Shown: positions 10,401 to 22,100 of the stretch, one piece after another
How positions within the stretch are numbered: the stretch's first letter is position 1
Layout of the letters: each line of letters starts with the position of its first letter
DNA from: a virus
IMG/VR virus record: IMGVR_UViG_3300045988_120820
Location: 72,335 to 136,334 of that record
Length of the DNA stretch: 64,000 nt
Direction: 5' to 3' (one strand)
Made by a program: the position numbers and the translations under genes
Notes under the pieces: model-generated
Told to the model about the DNA's origin: nothing
Databases searched by the model: none
The model's input: the letters and a program-made list of their open reading frames with translations, nothing else

Positions 10401-11447
10401 TATATCGTCTAATAAATAATATTCTTCTTCAGTTTCCATATCCGTATAACCGTCTATTATATTTTGTAATTGATTACATTTAGTCATAAGTATATTCTCT
10501 GAAGAATCCAATGTAGACAATTCTGAATTTTTTTGTGCTTTTAAACTTACATATTCTTTCCATTTTTTCATTCTTTTAGGTGTTAATACTTCAAATAGTT
10601 TTAAAGCTCTAATTAATTCTTTGCTCATATCTTCGTTTTCTATAAAGTATGAATAATTTTCAATATAATTTAATCCTGTTGGATTTGCTTCTTCTACTAT
10701 ACACTCTTCTTCATTGCCTTCAAGGATTAATCTAGTTACAATGTCAGAAGAATTAAAAGTTTTTTCCAATGATTTTAAATAATTATCTTTATTTAGAACT
10801 AATTTTAAATCATTTCCAAATCCGTCAATATCGTATAGATTTATTAATTTATTTTTTCTATCAAATATAGGAACACAACAAAATTGTTCTGCAATAGTTT
10901 CAGTTATAAATGAATAAAAGGAAGTATTTGTTTCCTCTTGCATACGCATTTTAGGTTCTCCATTATCCATGTATCTAACTGAATCGTCTATATGACCTAA
11001 TCTCCAACCCGTTTGTTGATATAAATATTCATCAAAAGAATAAACATATGTATCTTCGTCTTTATCTTTTAACATAAGTCCACAATCTGATAAAGCTATT
11101 GTATTCTTTTCTAATTTCTTTTCCAATCCATAAGCTGTAATTGTTTTCGTATGATTTGATTGATTTTCATTTATTTCTTTAATTACAAAATACTCACCAT
11201 CAACGCATATTAATCTTTCTGCTATAACTTCATCATATACATAATAATTTACCATTTTCTTTGAAAAATTATCTCTATATCTCAAAGGTATTGTAAAAGT
11301 TATCGTGTCTACTTCATCGATATTTCTACTTTCTTCTGTTAAATAAAATATAGGTATTTCTGCAATAACGTCTCCGTTTAATTTTGTCAATGTAATCTCT
11401 TGTATTGGTTTTAATTCCTTAATAATTATATCGTTCATATTTATCAC
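7479..11447 (-). CDS. tail-associated lysin / distal tail (Tal-like) protein with Big_2 repeats, SGNH-like region, NlpC/P60-like and 3D-like domains
   Basis: 1322 aa directly after Dit. Two Ig-like Big_2 repeats (VIWISSDENIASVSDG...; ITYISSDGNIAKVSNEG...). Cys-containing NlpC/P60-like stretch (GWDCSSYTGCCYDYAG). C-terminal YGSKIYIP...VCDTGVGG..FDLF is 3D/lytic-transglycosylase-like. Confidence 0.75.
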   Translation of the reverse strand: MINMNDIIIKELKPIQEITLTKLNGDVIAEIPIFYLTEESRNIDEVDTITFTIPLRYRDNFSKKMVNYYVYDEVIAERLICVDGEYFVIKEINENQSNHTKTITAYGLEKKLEKNTIALSDCGLMLKDKDEDTYVYSFDEYLYQQTGWRLGHIDDSVRYMDNGEPKMRMQEETNTSFYSFITETIAEQFCCVPIFDRKNKLINLYDIDGFGNDLKLVLNKDNYLKSLEKTFNSSDIVTRLILEGNEEECIVEEANPTGLNYIENYSYFIENEDMSKELIRALKLFEVLTPKRMKKWKEYVSLKAQKNSELSTLDSSENILMTKCNQLQNIIDGYTDMETEEEYYLLDDIKSELDVSNLELQSVSSQIYKIEKELKELDIKINRLNKLCRRETSEDDAGNLLFNENLLSELKDYIYYDTYSDDSFVDANELIKTGKHILESKCKPTVEFSIDSANFVNRLLGDKIRLSPEIQLGLGDVISTYDKERDKEELVFFTGWAMNYEDNKLSLTFSNKKTNKEDTRVIADLLKKSKETKKIVSVNKWLWNKQKYNKVNSTLMTGMDLDLDFSPNKAYVDSVSSVDLSQHTLNINLNEEYILKATILPDTAKNKNVIWISSDENIASVSDGVIVGNGYGACIITVITEDGNKTDTCKVVVEVDMGDSSNVNVTGIRLNTNSLEIDKHESVYLLPTVIPTNANQSITYISSDGNIAKVSNEGLITGVGQGKCTITAISNKNTKIKASCTVTVSGKEAEINIDDLDEVLIIGTKRIQNLQEYNLAPKMTYFGNIVEDFDITTYPSDPKAIVVMLGLNNDSLCDISKIKTLLNSIKTKYTGKYIFVANELPVGINYATVDYNYEQLNSQIKNYNNMLQKIANELGLKSITVQGGMVENEVLASHYTYNGLDLNVVGCKMLLNNIKYQIKNNVGTFIPPDDEDNETNGVNFIRQKIMEKAEEIVRMCVNHQANYSQYYRTVDYRNPNTIKGRYETVGGVTYSQPSWVVLNQTYGWDCSSYTGCCYDYAGIPDLKGLSCGAGTLQQKLKQLGAEYWLYKEEGLKDAKPGDIVLCVNDGVSFNRNNVFTCRTHHVMIYGYSDYEMYEASGYSSGIRKGKRTFDKNQWIFFRLPQVAEADKNSSNGNTNTNVSDSEHPNVFYENGTIDGVNYVAKLTNCCMTGYYSAKYTTGGSGLPLEVAKSVGSYNLPYGSKIYIPFLKGKWGNKDGIVTVCDTGVGGTDFDLFLGKSYSDVSSKMTNPLRVDAYIVEYGNKSLAWSYTQSYNWAMNYYGKISQYKTRFTSYMKYGGTLINFWKFKEDDKTFFENSWINQIWNK

Positions 11448-12188
11448 CTATATTACTTCTGGGAAACTACAATAAATAATTATATTGCATTCTCCTTCAA
11501 CAATTAATTGGTTATCTCCTTGTTTTAAATTAATCCATTTTCTATTACAATCTGATATGGGATAATATCGCTTATCGGATTTAACCAAACACATTTTATT
11601 GTCTATTTTAATAGTTTCCTCTTCAAGTAAATTATTTATTACAAAATTGTTTATTCTTACTATTTGATTTCTTTTACAATTACTTTCAATTACAATTACA
11701 GGTTCACAATTTAAATCTCCACTATTATGTATATCTATTAATTCTTTACCTTTTACTTCTTTTTCTATAATTACTTTTTTATATGCATATTGGCTTAAAG
11801 GTTTAAATGTGACTTCTATACAACCTTTAGGTTCACCGTATGTAAATTTTTTTTGTATTTTCGTACATTTTAAATAATACACATAATTTAAGTTGTCATA
11901 AGAAATAAATTCCTCAAAGTTATCACTTATTAACCATTTTTTAATCTCTCTAAAATTTTCACTAGTCCATATTAAAGGCACTCCGTCTTTTTCTAAATAT
12001 AATTGCAATATTATATCTTCGGGTTCTTCTTCTTTTTCATTATATAAATCTAAATTATCTTCTTTTTCTAATGTTTTATTATATGGAACTCCAAAATCAT
12101 TTAGAACATCATTATCAGTGGTTAATATACTTAAAAATTTATCTTTAGATTGTTTTCCTTTCCAAATAAAATATTGACTTTTAAACAA
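11448..12188 (-). CDS. distal tail protein (Dit-like)
   Basis: 246 aa between the tape measure and Tal, abutting Tal. The call is positional. Confidence 0.55.
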   Translation of the reverse strand: MFKSQYFIWKGKQSKDKFLSILTTDNDVLNDFGVPYNKTLEKEDNLDLYNEKEEEPEDIILQLYLEKDGVPLIWTSENFREIKKWLISDNFEEFISYDNLNYVYYLKCTKIQKKFTYGEPKGCIEVTFKPLSQYAYKKVIIEKEVKGKELIDIHNSGDLNCEPVIVIESNCKRNQIVRINNFVINNLLEEETIKIDNKMCLVKSDKRYYPISDCNRKWINLKQGDNQLIVEGECNIIIYCSFPEVI

Positions 12189-12231
12189 TTACATCACCCT
12201 CCTTATAATAGAGGGCTAATATATTAACCCT

Positions 12232-15200
12232 CTATAATGATTTATTAACAATATCTTTTAAAGTTTTATTAATCATTTCTTGCATGTCATCAAGAACATT
12301 TTCATCAACACTTCCTTCAACATTAATATTGATATCACCCACATTTAATGTTTTAGAAGTTGTATCTTTATTCATACCTTCTTTATAATTTACATTTCCT
12401 AATTGTTTGAATCCAAGTTCTTTAAATATATCTTTATAGTCTTTTAAATAATCCAAAGCTACTTCAAGATTATCACACAATTCTGTTTTAATTGAATCAC
12501 CTAATATTCCTACTGCGTCTCCACTTGTTTCTGCAAAGTCAATCAATTTATCTTGTAAATTGGTAATATTACCATTTAAATCAGTAAAAGTATTAGTCAT
12601 CATCGCATCTTTAACCATTTGTGCTATTTTTTGTGGAGTATAAGTGTCATCTATATTTTGTGTCATATCTTCTTTCTTTTTATCTAAAGCGTCTAATTGT
12701 TCTTGGAACATATTATCGATGTCTTCATCAACCTTATTTTGAACTGTTTCATCTAATTTATCTTGAGCTTCTTTTAAATCGTCTAATAATTCTTTCAACT
12801 TAGATTTACCACTCATAGAATTATCTCGTTTTGCTAATTCTATTTTTTTATTAATAGTGTCAATTTCGTCTTGTTGTTCTTTTAAATTTTTTGCATAATC
12901 ATCTTCATCACGTTGTTTTTTATAATCATCTCTTCTTTTTTCTATTAATTCTTTTTCTTTGTCATATTGTTTTTCTATAGCGTCTTTACGTTTATCTATT
13001 TCATCTTTTATTACATCTGTGATTTTATCTTCTATGTCTTTCACTTTATTAAGTTTATCTTTTTGTAAATCTACTATGTTTTTTTGTAAATCAGCATAAT
13101 TTTTTTCTGCGTCAGCTAAATCGTCATTTATTAAAGAAGTATATTCTTCTAATAAATCATTAACCTTTTCCAAATCTTCACTGTTTTGAAAACTGTTTAA
13201 TACTTCGTCTATATTGCTTACATTTCCTTCTACATCAAATGTGAAACCATATTTAGATAAACTTTCTTGATATGTAGGAATCTTATTTTTCATATTAGTC
13301 ATTAAATCCATTTGTTTAGATAGTTGTTCATTCATAAGTTTTAATTTTTCTTCTGTCAATTTAATTGTATCTACTCCATTTGAATTTTCTAGTTTAACAT
13401 CTATTATATCAATTTTATTTCCTAGTATATCGAATTGATTTTTTAATTGAGTTATGGCGTTGCTAAATTTATACAATTTATCTTCTCTAGTTAGTTTTTC
13501 AATTTCGTCATTATTTTCTTTAATTGTATTTTTCATTTCTTGCCATTGTTCTTCACAACTAAATATATCACTTTGTTGTATATCATAATATTTATTAGCT
13601 AAGTTTGTAAGTTTATCCAATTCTTCTTTATATTTACTAGCTTTATCGCTTGCTGTATTATTTGAAGAACCACTAGAAGAGCTACTTTTAGAAGATTTAT
13701 CGGCTACATCTTGAAGTCGTTTATATTCTTTTTGCATAGCCAATAATTTTTCTTCATAGTTAGTCATATTCCCATCTTCATTAAATTTGAATCCTTCTTT
13801 TTGAAGTTTTTGTTGAAGTGTTTCTCTTTCAGAAATTAAATCGTCATAATATTCTTTTTGAAGTTTAGCCTGTTCTTCTAATAATTTATTTTTTTGTTTA
13901 AGATATTTAATTTTTTCAGTACCTACTGCTTTTTCCATTTGTTTATCTAATAATGAAGTTTTCTTAGTTACTGTTTCAATTCTATATTGCAACTCTTTAA
14001 ATAATTCAACAGAGTACTCAATCATATCTAATACATTTTGATATTCAAGGCTTATAGGAGTTAAAGCTGTTTCTATATCACCTATACTATTAAAATCTCT
14101 CGTAGCATAAGTACTTATTCCACCAGAACTATCTGAAGTAGAATTTGTTGTGCTTATATCATTTGCAGTTACTACAGGTTGTGAAGTCACCATTGGTGTA
14201 GCACTCAATTGCTCTACAGAATAAGGATTATCTTCTATATTAGAAAATTCACCTATAGAATCTCCCCACATTACTGATTTTCCCTTTCCACTATGAGGAA
14301 CTTTTGATTTACCTTTTTCTGTATAGCTTAACGTAGCCATTATTGATATACTTCGTGGTATTTCGTTTATTTTTTGTTTTAAACTATCTAATTTATTTGA
14401 TATATCGGCACTATTACTAATTATTTTAATATATTTCTCTGGAATTTTTAATCCTTGAAGTGCATAAAGTTGCTGTAATGCTTGAAAAGCCATTACGGTA
14501 ACATCTACAACTTTATTTTTTAATTGTATAGCATCTACAGTTCCAAGTTCATCTAATGCATTAGATAATGCTACTCCAACTTCAATTTGTTTTTCTGCTG
14601 GTAGTTGCCCTATTAAGTCCATTACGGTTGCTATGTCACCTTGAGCTAAAGCTTTATCTATTTTTACTTTTATGTCTTTTTCATCTTTTTCATTTAATAG
14701 ACTATCTATTTCAGCCTTAGCAGTTTTTATTGTATCTTCACCTAAAACATTTATATGACAACTTGTTACTGCTTCTGGATGGTCAAATACCCATTGAATC
14801 ATGTCTTCATAAGATTTCAATTCAGATAAATCTTGAATGTTATTTTTAAAAAATGTTTCAATGTTTTTATCTTTACCTCTTAAATTATCCATTAATTTGG
14901 CATAATTTTCAACTTGGTCGGTATTTTCTATATTCGCTCTTAAAGTTTTTACTATTTCATCTTTTCCGTCAAATTGTTTAAAACTCGCAAAAGCGTCATC
15001 TATTTTCTTTTTATCGTCATCAGATACAGCATATTCTCCTGTAACAAACAGTTTACCTACATCTATTTTACCTTTTCCAAATTGTTTATCTACAAGATTT
15101 TGAACGTCTTGAATTAAATTATTTCTAGTTTCTTCATCATCTTCTACATAAATTTGAGATAATTTAGCTGTTAATTCCATATCGTCTAAAGAAAATTCAT

Positions 15201-16194
15201 TGTCGTCCATCAATCGATTAACCAAATCTTTTACTTTGTCTGGTAAATTACTATCTTCTAAAGTGGCTTTAACTTCTTTGATGTTGTAAACCATTTTTCC
15301 GTCTTTTTCTACTGTATCAAGACCACTTAAATCTTGAAGAAAATTATTGTAAGCGTCCCATGTTGCCATTAAATCTTTAGTTTCTTTATCTGTCATGTTT
15401 ATGTTTTTACCAAAAGAACGTAAATAAGCATCCATAGCATTTTGAGCCATTTTAGCACTTTCTGGTAACTCTACCATACTTCTAGCTACATCTTCATTTA
15501 CTCCCCATAATTTGGCTAAAGAAGGGATTAATTTTTCAATTCCTTGTTCATAAGCAGTAATGTCACTTGTGTCTGCGTATGCTTGTTGTAAATCATACAA
15601 TTTTCTTATTGATTTATCTATTGTTCCAGAATCAAACATTTTTTTCATATTCGATTCAAATAAACTTTGTTGTCCACTTGTTAATTGAGAAAAATCTAAT
15701 CCATTTACAACTTCTATCATTTCAGATTGAACGTCACTTTTTAATTTACTGAAACCATCACCTATAGACAAAGAGTTTACTATACTTTTATTAATTTTTT
15801 GAGATTCGGCACTTATTTTTGCTTCAGCATCTACAACTGCCTCTTTAGCACTAGCATACGTATCACTTAATTTAGCAAGCCTTTCTGAATAATCTTCTAG
15901 CCATGCTGAATCACCTGTTTGAACAAATGTGTTATTAAGTTCATCTTTCTTTTTTCTGATGTTTTCTATTTGTCTATTATATTCCTTAATTGCTTGTTTA
16001 TTGAAAGCCCCATCTTTACCAGCAAATCCTTGTCCTTCATTCATTTTGTCTGTAGCATTTCTTTGTTGGTCTTTATATTCTTGATTCAGAGCCTCTTGTT
16101 GTTTCTTGATTAATTTATCATATTTTGCAATTAATTTATCAATATCTCCACCCATCGATAAAATCGGGTTATTATCTTTATCATACAATATCTT
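12232..16194 (-). CDS. tape measure exon 5
   Basis: ORF 12232..16197 has only a TTG 'start' inside intron-like sequence and no SD. Coiled-coil rich. Frame joins ...EDIVLG|KILYDKDNNP. Confidence 0.8.
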   Translation of the reverse strand, partial: KILYDKDNNPILSMGGDIDKLIAKYDKLIKKQQEALNQEYKDQQRNATDKMNEGQGFAGKDGAFNKQAIKEYNRQIENIRKKKDELNNTFVQTGDSAWLEDYSERLAKLSDTYASAKEAVVDAEAKISAESQKINKSIVNSLSIGDGFSKLKSDVQSEMIEVVNGLDFSQLTSGQQSLFESNMKKMFDSGTIDKSIRKLYDLQQAYADTSDITAYEQGIEKLIPSLAKLWGVNEDVARSMVELPESAKMAQNAMDAYLRSFGKNINMTDKETKDLMATWDAYNNFLQDLSGLDTVEKDGKMVYNIKEVKATLEDSNLPDKVKDLVNRLMDDNEFSLDDMELTAKLSQIYVEDDEETRNNLIQDVQNLVDKQFGKGKIDVGKLFVTGEYAVSDDDKKKIDDAFASFKQFDGKDEIVKTLRANIENTDQVENYAKLMDNLRGKDKNIETFFKNNIQDLSELKSYEDMIQWVFDHPEAVTSCHINVLGEDTIKTAKAEIDSLLNEKDEKDIKVKIDKALAQGDIATVMDLIGQLPAEKQIEVGVALSNALDELGTVDAIQLKNKVVDVTVMAFQALQQLYALQGLKIPEKYIKIISNSADISNKLDSLKQKINEIPRSISIMATLSYTEKGKSKVPHSGKGKSVMWGDSIGEFSNIEDNPYSVEQLSATPMVTSQPVVTANDISTTNSTSDSSGGISTYATRDFNSIGDIETALTPISLEYQNVLDMIEYSVELFKELQYRIETVTKKTSLLDKQMEKAVGTEKIKYLKQKNKLLEEQAKLQKEYYDDLISERETLQQKLQKEGFKFNEDGNMTNYEEKLLAMQKEYKRLQDVADKSSKSSSSSGSSNNTASDKASKYKEELDKLTNLANKYYDIQQSDIFSCEEQWQEMKNTIKENNDEIEKLTREDKLYKFSNAITQLKNQFDILGNKIDIIDVKLENSNGVDTIKLTEEKLKLMNEQLSKQMDLMTNMKNKIPTYQESLSKYGFTFDVEGNVSNIDEVLNSFQNSEDLEKVNDLLEEYTSLINDDLADAEKNYADLQKNIVDLQKDKLNKVKDIEDKITDVIKDEIDKRKDAIEKQYDKEKELIEKRRDDYKKQRDEDDYAKNLKEQQDEIDTINKKIELAKRDNSMSGKSKLKELLDDLKEAQDKLDETVQNKVDEDIDNMFQEQLDALDKKKEDMTQNIDDTYTPQKIAQMVKDAMMTNTFTDLNGNITNLQDKLIDFAETSGDAVGILGDSIKTELCDNLEVALDYLKDYKDIFKELGFKQLGNVNYKEGMNKDTTSKTLNVGDININVEGSVDENVLDDMQEMINKTLKDIVNKSL

Positions 16195-19100
16195 CAATTA
16201 GGTTCGCTACTTCCTAATCAGTTCTCTTATGAACTTCTCTATGTTTCCATAGAAGTTGAGACTATATCTTTACCTTTATTAAAGGCACATACCACTTCCA
16301 CTCGCTTGAGTGTACGAGCATTTGCTCTAGTCGTTGAAGTTTACTTTTATTAATTGCTTAAATTATATTTTTTTGAAAATTCAATACTATTTTTTAATCT
16401 ATTAGGTTTATATTTCATATCAAATTTATAATAAAATTCTTTTGGTATATATTTTAAATAAGGTCTGACTACATCAAAAAATTTTCTAAAATTTGTAGCG
16501 TTAAAATACAATCTATAATATGTTCTATTCTTATATCCTTTGATTCCAGATTTATCAGTATGTATTTTTAAATCTATATCAAACCTTCTCTTAAACATGT
16601 CTTTAATTCTTACATTATCTTTATAACTGAAGCCTTGAGTATTTAGATACCCAAATCTTTTAGCATAATTATTTTTAAACGAAACATGCCAGTTTCCATC
16701 ATCTAAAAACCAAAGTAATAAACCAAAAGAATTTATATTGTTTAAAACTGTGTCTGATAAATATTTTTTACCATTTAATAATGTATTCTTTTTAAATTCT
16801 TCTTTATTAGGAATTTTTATTCTAACATTAGAATAAATATAAATACCAAATGTTGTATTTTTTTCATAATCATATTTAGAATGAGTGTCTATTCCTAAAG
16901 AACTAAACGTATATTCTAACCATTCAACATAAAATCTTTGTTTATTGGTATGGACACAACGAATATACTCTCCATTGATATCACCATCCCCTAACATCAA
17001 TCCATATAAACTATTTATTATTTCTTTCTCATTTTTAATCATGTGAATACTCACTCCTTTTTTTATTTTCGCAATTAACTTAAAGTCTTACCTGCTGATT
17101 GCCCAATCCTTAAACTTTTTAAAACCATCACGCTCATCATTACTGATTACGTTGTGGTATTAAGGCTCTAAGGGGTTTCCAGCAATTCAATATGTTTTCT
17201 AATAATAATTTCTTATTATAGGGGCTATTTATTAACCCAAGACAATATCTTCACCACAAATATCAATTATTTGTTGTTGTAACTCTTTAAATCTTTCTTG
17301 TTGTGCAGAAGTTTTATCTACTGTATCGTATAATTTTTTATATTCATCTCTAATATTGGATAAATTTGTTTTTGCTTTTGTTGAGCTAGTTACTTTATTA
17401 TTTAAATTGGTTATATTTTCTGCATTTTTTTCTAAAGCGTCATTAAGTTTATTAGCCTCGTCTGTAAAATGTTGAATAACTTTACCTATTCCCCATGATA
17501 CGAGCATACCTATACCCATATTTATAACGCCCATAGCTAAATTCATAGCTCCTAAAGCTACTTTTGTTCCTAATGCTTTAGCCTCTACACCTGCTAAAGC
17601 ACTTCTAACTGCTGTTAATCCAGAGGCAAATACTCCAGATGATTGACGAGCCTCTTTAAATGAAGTACCTATCCCTTTTATTACATTCCAAGATTTTCCA
17701 AGATAACTAGCTTGAAATCCTTCTTTTATTGTTGCAAAGAATCCTGGATTAGCAGTCCCAACCATCGTAGCACTAGATGCTTGTCGTGTTGCAGTGGCTT
17801 GTCCTTCTAGTGCAGTAGTTGTACTCAAAGCTTCGGCTTTTAATCTTCTTTCTTGATTAATTAATGCTTCAAATCCACCACTTTGATTAAATTTTATTGA
17901 TTCAAAAATACCAGAAATTGCCCCTGCTATTACGGGTAATCCTACACCCATGTCATCTATATACTTAACAAATTTATCTAACATGTCTAAAGCACTTATA
18001 CCAATGTCTAAAAATCCTTTTGCCGTATTTCCACTTACAGCTGTATTGACTATACTTCTCCATTTTTCTTGGAGTAATGTAAGTTTCCCTTGCACGGAGT
18101 CTATATATCTTGCATTCGTTATCTTCACATAAATTCGCTACATTTACGCAGTTCTCTTATGAACTTCCTATACTTTCATATAGAGTCGAGACTATTTCTT
18201 CACCTTCAGCATTATCTGTTAAGGGCAAAGTATTTCCACTATCAATAGCTTATAGTGTACGGTTTCACAACCTAGTCGTTGAAAGTTTAATCTAATTTAT
18301 TAATTATTTTTTAAATCTTTTAAATGATTTTTAATTATATTAGATTAATACTTGCATGAACACCCATTGTTTAAGATTACTTAGGATTTAACCATATAAT
18401 CATCCTTACGTTTTTTCTACTTTCGTACCTTCACGTTTATTGTTACCAATTACGTTGTGGTGTAAGGCTTTAGGGATTACCTGCTTTTAACTTTGTGTCC
18501 TACGCACATTTCTGTACGTACGGAGAATGTTGTTTCTCTTTCATTGAACTTCCGAAAGTGTCGCCATTTTCGTACTCTTTCATAAATTTTTCTGCTTGAC
18601 TCCAGTTACTCATTATTGCTGTGAAAACGTTCAGTTGGTTTTTCGGTTTGTTATCGTAAAGGCTTTTTATCCTCTACTTCTTATAGTTTCCTATAAGCCC
18701 AGCATACATTTTCACCCTCGTTTAACGTTAGGTATTGATGGTTGCAAACCCATCTCAAGTATTACTATATAATACTGTGGAGGAGGCTCGTGATAGGATT
18801 ATTGCTAACAATATCGCTCACCTATTATGCGTTACGGATGTTCTCTGTTAAGACACCCTCGGTATTACCATATCCGTTAAGGACTTAGGCTCTCTTACCA
18901 CCTTAATCTTTCGATTTAGTTGACCGATACACCCCTCTAATCTACATGATATTTCTACCATGAGTGGCATAATATTTAATTAATAGTTTATATTTTTTAA
19001 ATTTTCTTTCTAAATATATATTTGAATTTTTATAAATATAATCACAAAAAGTTAATACATCTTCTTTTTTATTAGTTACTAATCTAAAGATATCATTGGA

Positions 19101-22100
19101 TTTACAATTCGTTTTGTAAATTCTCCCCAATGGAATATTTGTATTCAAACATATACCTTCTAGGATATTTTTAGTTCCTAATATTTCTATACTTTGATGT
19201 TTTTCAGTACAAACAATACAACCATCTCCATCTAAATACCCTCTTATAAAATGAGGTGTTAATTCTTTAGGAACTTGTTCTTCTGTTGGAAAAGTTAATG
19301 TCAATGATTTTCTAGGAGTACATCCTAATTTAATTAAATCTTGCTTCATTTTTTTATTTTTAAAAGATACTCTACATCTAAAATCATCTACAATTAATTT
19401 TCCCTCAAACCCTATAAAATCTTTGAATTTTTGAAGATGCTCTTTATCTGATAATTGTAAAGAAAGTTCTATATCATTTCTTTTACCACTTGAAATACTT
19501 CCATCGGCATATAAAAATCCTAACCAATAAGCTTTTTCTTCAGAGTCTATTTTCTCAAATATATCATCGTTTATCTTCTTTTTATGTGGCATAATATTAA
19601 CTTTTATACCTTGGTTTTTTAAATAAGAAGAAAATCTACTTCTTGAAATTTTTAATTCTTTACTGATTCTAGCTGTAGATACTCCTTCTAAATACATTTT
19701 TAAACCCAAATTATATTTTTCTAAAGTTTCCTCCATCATAATATTCACCCCCTTTTTATTCTTTCCTTTATTAATTATTTTTAAACCTTTTAAACTATTA
19801 ATTTATATACCTGCAATCGCTTCAGCTACAGAAGATTTACTTTTTTTATCTAATTTATCCCACATTCCTGCTATATCGCCCATGATGTCATAGAAATCTC
19901 TAACTTGGCCATTTGAATCGTGCATATCAATTCCAGTTATTTTTTCTATGGCCATTGCTGTTTTATTCATTGAAATACTCGAATTGTTATTAACGTTAAG
20001 TTTTTTATCTTAACCTCTGGAAGTTTCCTTCATTTTCATCGATTGGTCATTTCCAATCCAGTCTGGCGTACATATTCCATCTCATATAAGACAGTCGGAG
20101 ACTCTTGGAGGAATTATATTCTATTTAAATAGTTTCATCCTCTACGCTCTACATTATTGAATAAGTTTTAATTTATTCAATTAACTCGGTATTAACTTAT
20201 CTTTATTAATTATTTTTAAGACTTAGTCTTTCTTACCATATGTATTACTACATATATGACCGAATTTCCCCGAACCGGCAATATTATTTACCGTCTTTAG
20301 CACTTGTTTTCCAACCTGCCATATTTTGCATGATTGTTTTTAAACCATTACCTAATTTACTTGCATTTTGTAATGGTTCTTGCCCTGCAATTATAATAGC
20401 AACCAACTCTTGCATACTAACACCTAATGTTTTCGCAACAGAAGATGAACGCATCATTGCTTCAGATACGTCTTTACCTGTAACAGCATAGTTGTTGTTT
20501 GCATAGTTGACCATATCCATCATTTGCATCATTTTGGTAGTTTCTTTGGTGTTACCTTTGACTTTCATTGTGACTTTATCTAATGAGTTTGCAACACCAC
20601 CATAAGATGCTAATGTTGATTTCAAGTATTTATCTGCATCTGCTTGGCTTGTATCTATAACGTTGGCAAACATAGATGCATTTTTAGCATATTGTAAAGC
20701 TTTACTAACATTATGGAAACCAGATTGTAATGCCTCGGCAGTGGAATCAATTATATCAATACTACTTCTGGCAACCTCTTGACCTGCCTCACTTGCTTTT
20801 TGAGTTAACCAATCTAATTGCTTGGCTGTTCCTGTAAAGGTGTCTGGTGCAACTTTTAATAATTTTTTAATAGCCGTATCTGTATCAATAATAGTACTAG
20901 GAATTGAAGATATACCTTGAGTGATAAGTCTACCAATCATATTTGGTATTGAATACATTGATAACATAGAGGCTAAATTACTGAAAAATCCAGACGTTTT
21001 CTTGGTTGCATTTCCTAATATATTCATTGCTTGAGTTGCACTTCTAGCACCATTAGCAACTCCGTTTATACCATTTCCGTTAATATTAGATAGACTACTA
21101 GAAAAAGTACTTACGTCTTTAGTCAGTGCTTTTAACTCTGCGTCTCTATCTTTTAAATTACTTATACTAGCTATAGTTTGTAGTCTTTGTTTAAATTCTT
21201 CTACCTTAGATGATGAAGCTCCTAATTCTTGACATCTTCTTGTTAAGTTTGTTAAATCTTGAGATACTTTATTAAAATCTGCATCAAATTTTACATTAGC
21301 TCTTTTAGTAGAAATTTCACTTTCAAATTGTTTATATTTATTTTCACATTGTGCTATTTTATCTTTTAAACCATCAAATTCAGCTTTAGCACCTTCTGTA
21401 TTAGGGTCTATATTTCGTAATTTTGATTGATATTGTTCTATTTGAGTTATTAGTTCTTGTATTCCAGATGTATTAGCAAATTTACTCGTTCCTAATTCAG
21501 CAAGTTTAGCTTTAAGAGATTCTAACTTAGCAACAGATGTATTTATCTTATCGGTGAATGTAATTGAACCATTCAATCCTTTTAATGACACCGACACATT
21601 ACTAATCTCTGCATTTAAATTATGTATTTGTTCATATGCCTTGTCAGATTTTAATATTTGACTTAAATCAGCACCTTTAACATTATTGATTTTATTTTGA
21701 AGTTCTTGAAGTTGTCCCATCTGTGAACTTGTTAAGTTTTTATTTTTGAACATATTATTAATTTGTTCAGAGGTATTATTAGCCTTTTGTTGAATTTTAT
21801 CAAATGAACTTATTAAATCTCTACTTATATCTATATTAGATTTATTTTTTAAGTTGTCCATTTTTTGTGCAGTAGATTGCATCTCACTGTTAATTTTTGA
21901 TAACTTAGATTCTAACTCGTTATAAGCTTGAGTATTTATAGTTTTAGACATTTGTTTTTGAAGTGATTCTGATTGTTTTTGTAAAACTTTATATTTAGCT
22001 ATAGTATTATCTAATTCTTTATTACCTGTAGAAGTCTTAGTAGAACCACTGCCAAATAAATTTTTTTGCACGTCTTTACTTAAAGAATTTATTTCTTTTA

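Noticed and set aside
1681-15752. Numerous 60-108-aa + strand ORFs inside the leftward structural genes (e.g. 1681..1887, 2521..2766, 3034..3360, 5798..5989, 6512..6721, 7658..7960, 8221..8403, 9445..9705, 12621..12803, 15567..15752, 15919..16113, 17950..18132, 22506..22935, 22923..23159, 25785..25994, 28594..28812, 31654..31863, 40034..40276, 49126..49389).
   Set aside because: They are antisense shadows of long, well-supported - strand genes in AT-rich DNA. They have no SD, low-complexity F/I/L/S-rich translations and no motifs.
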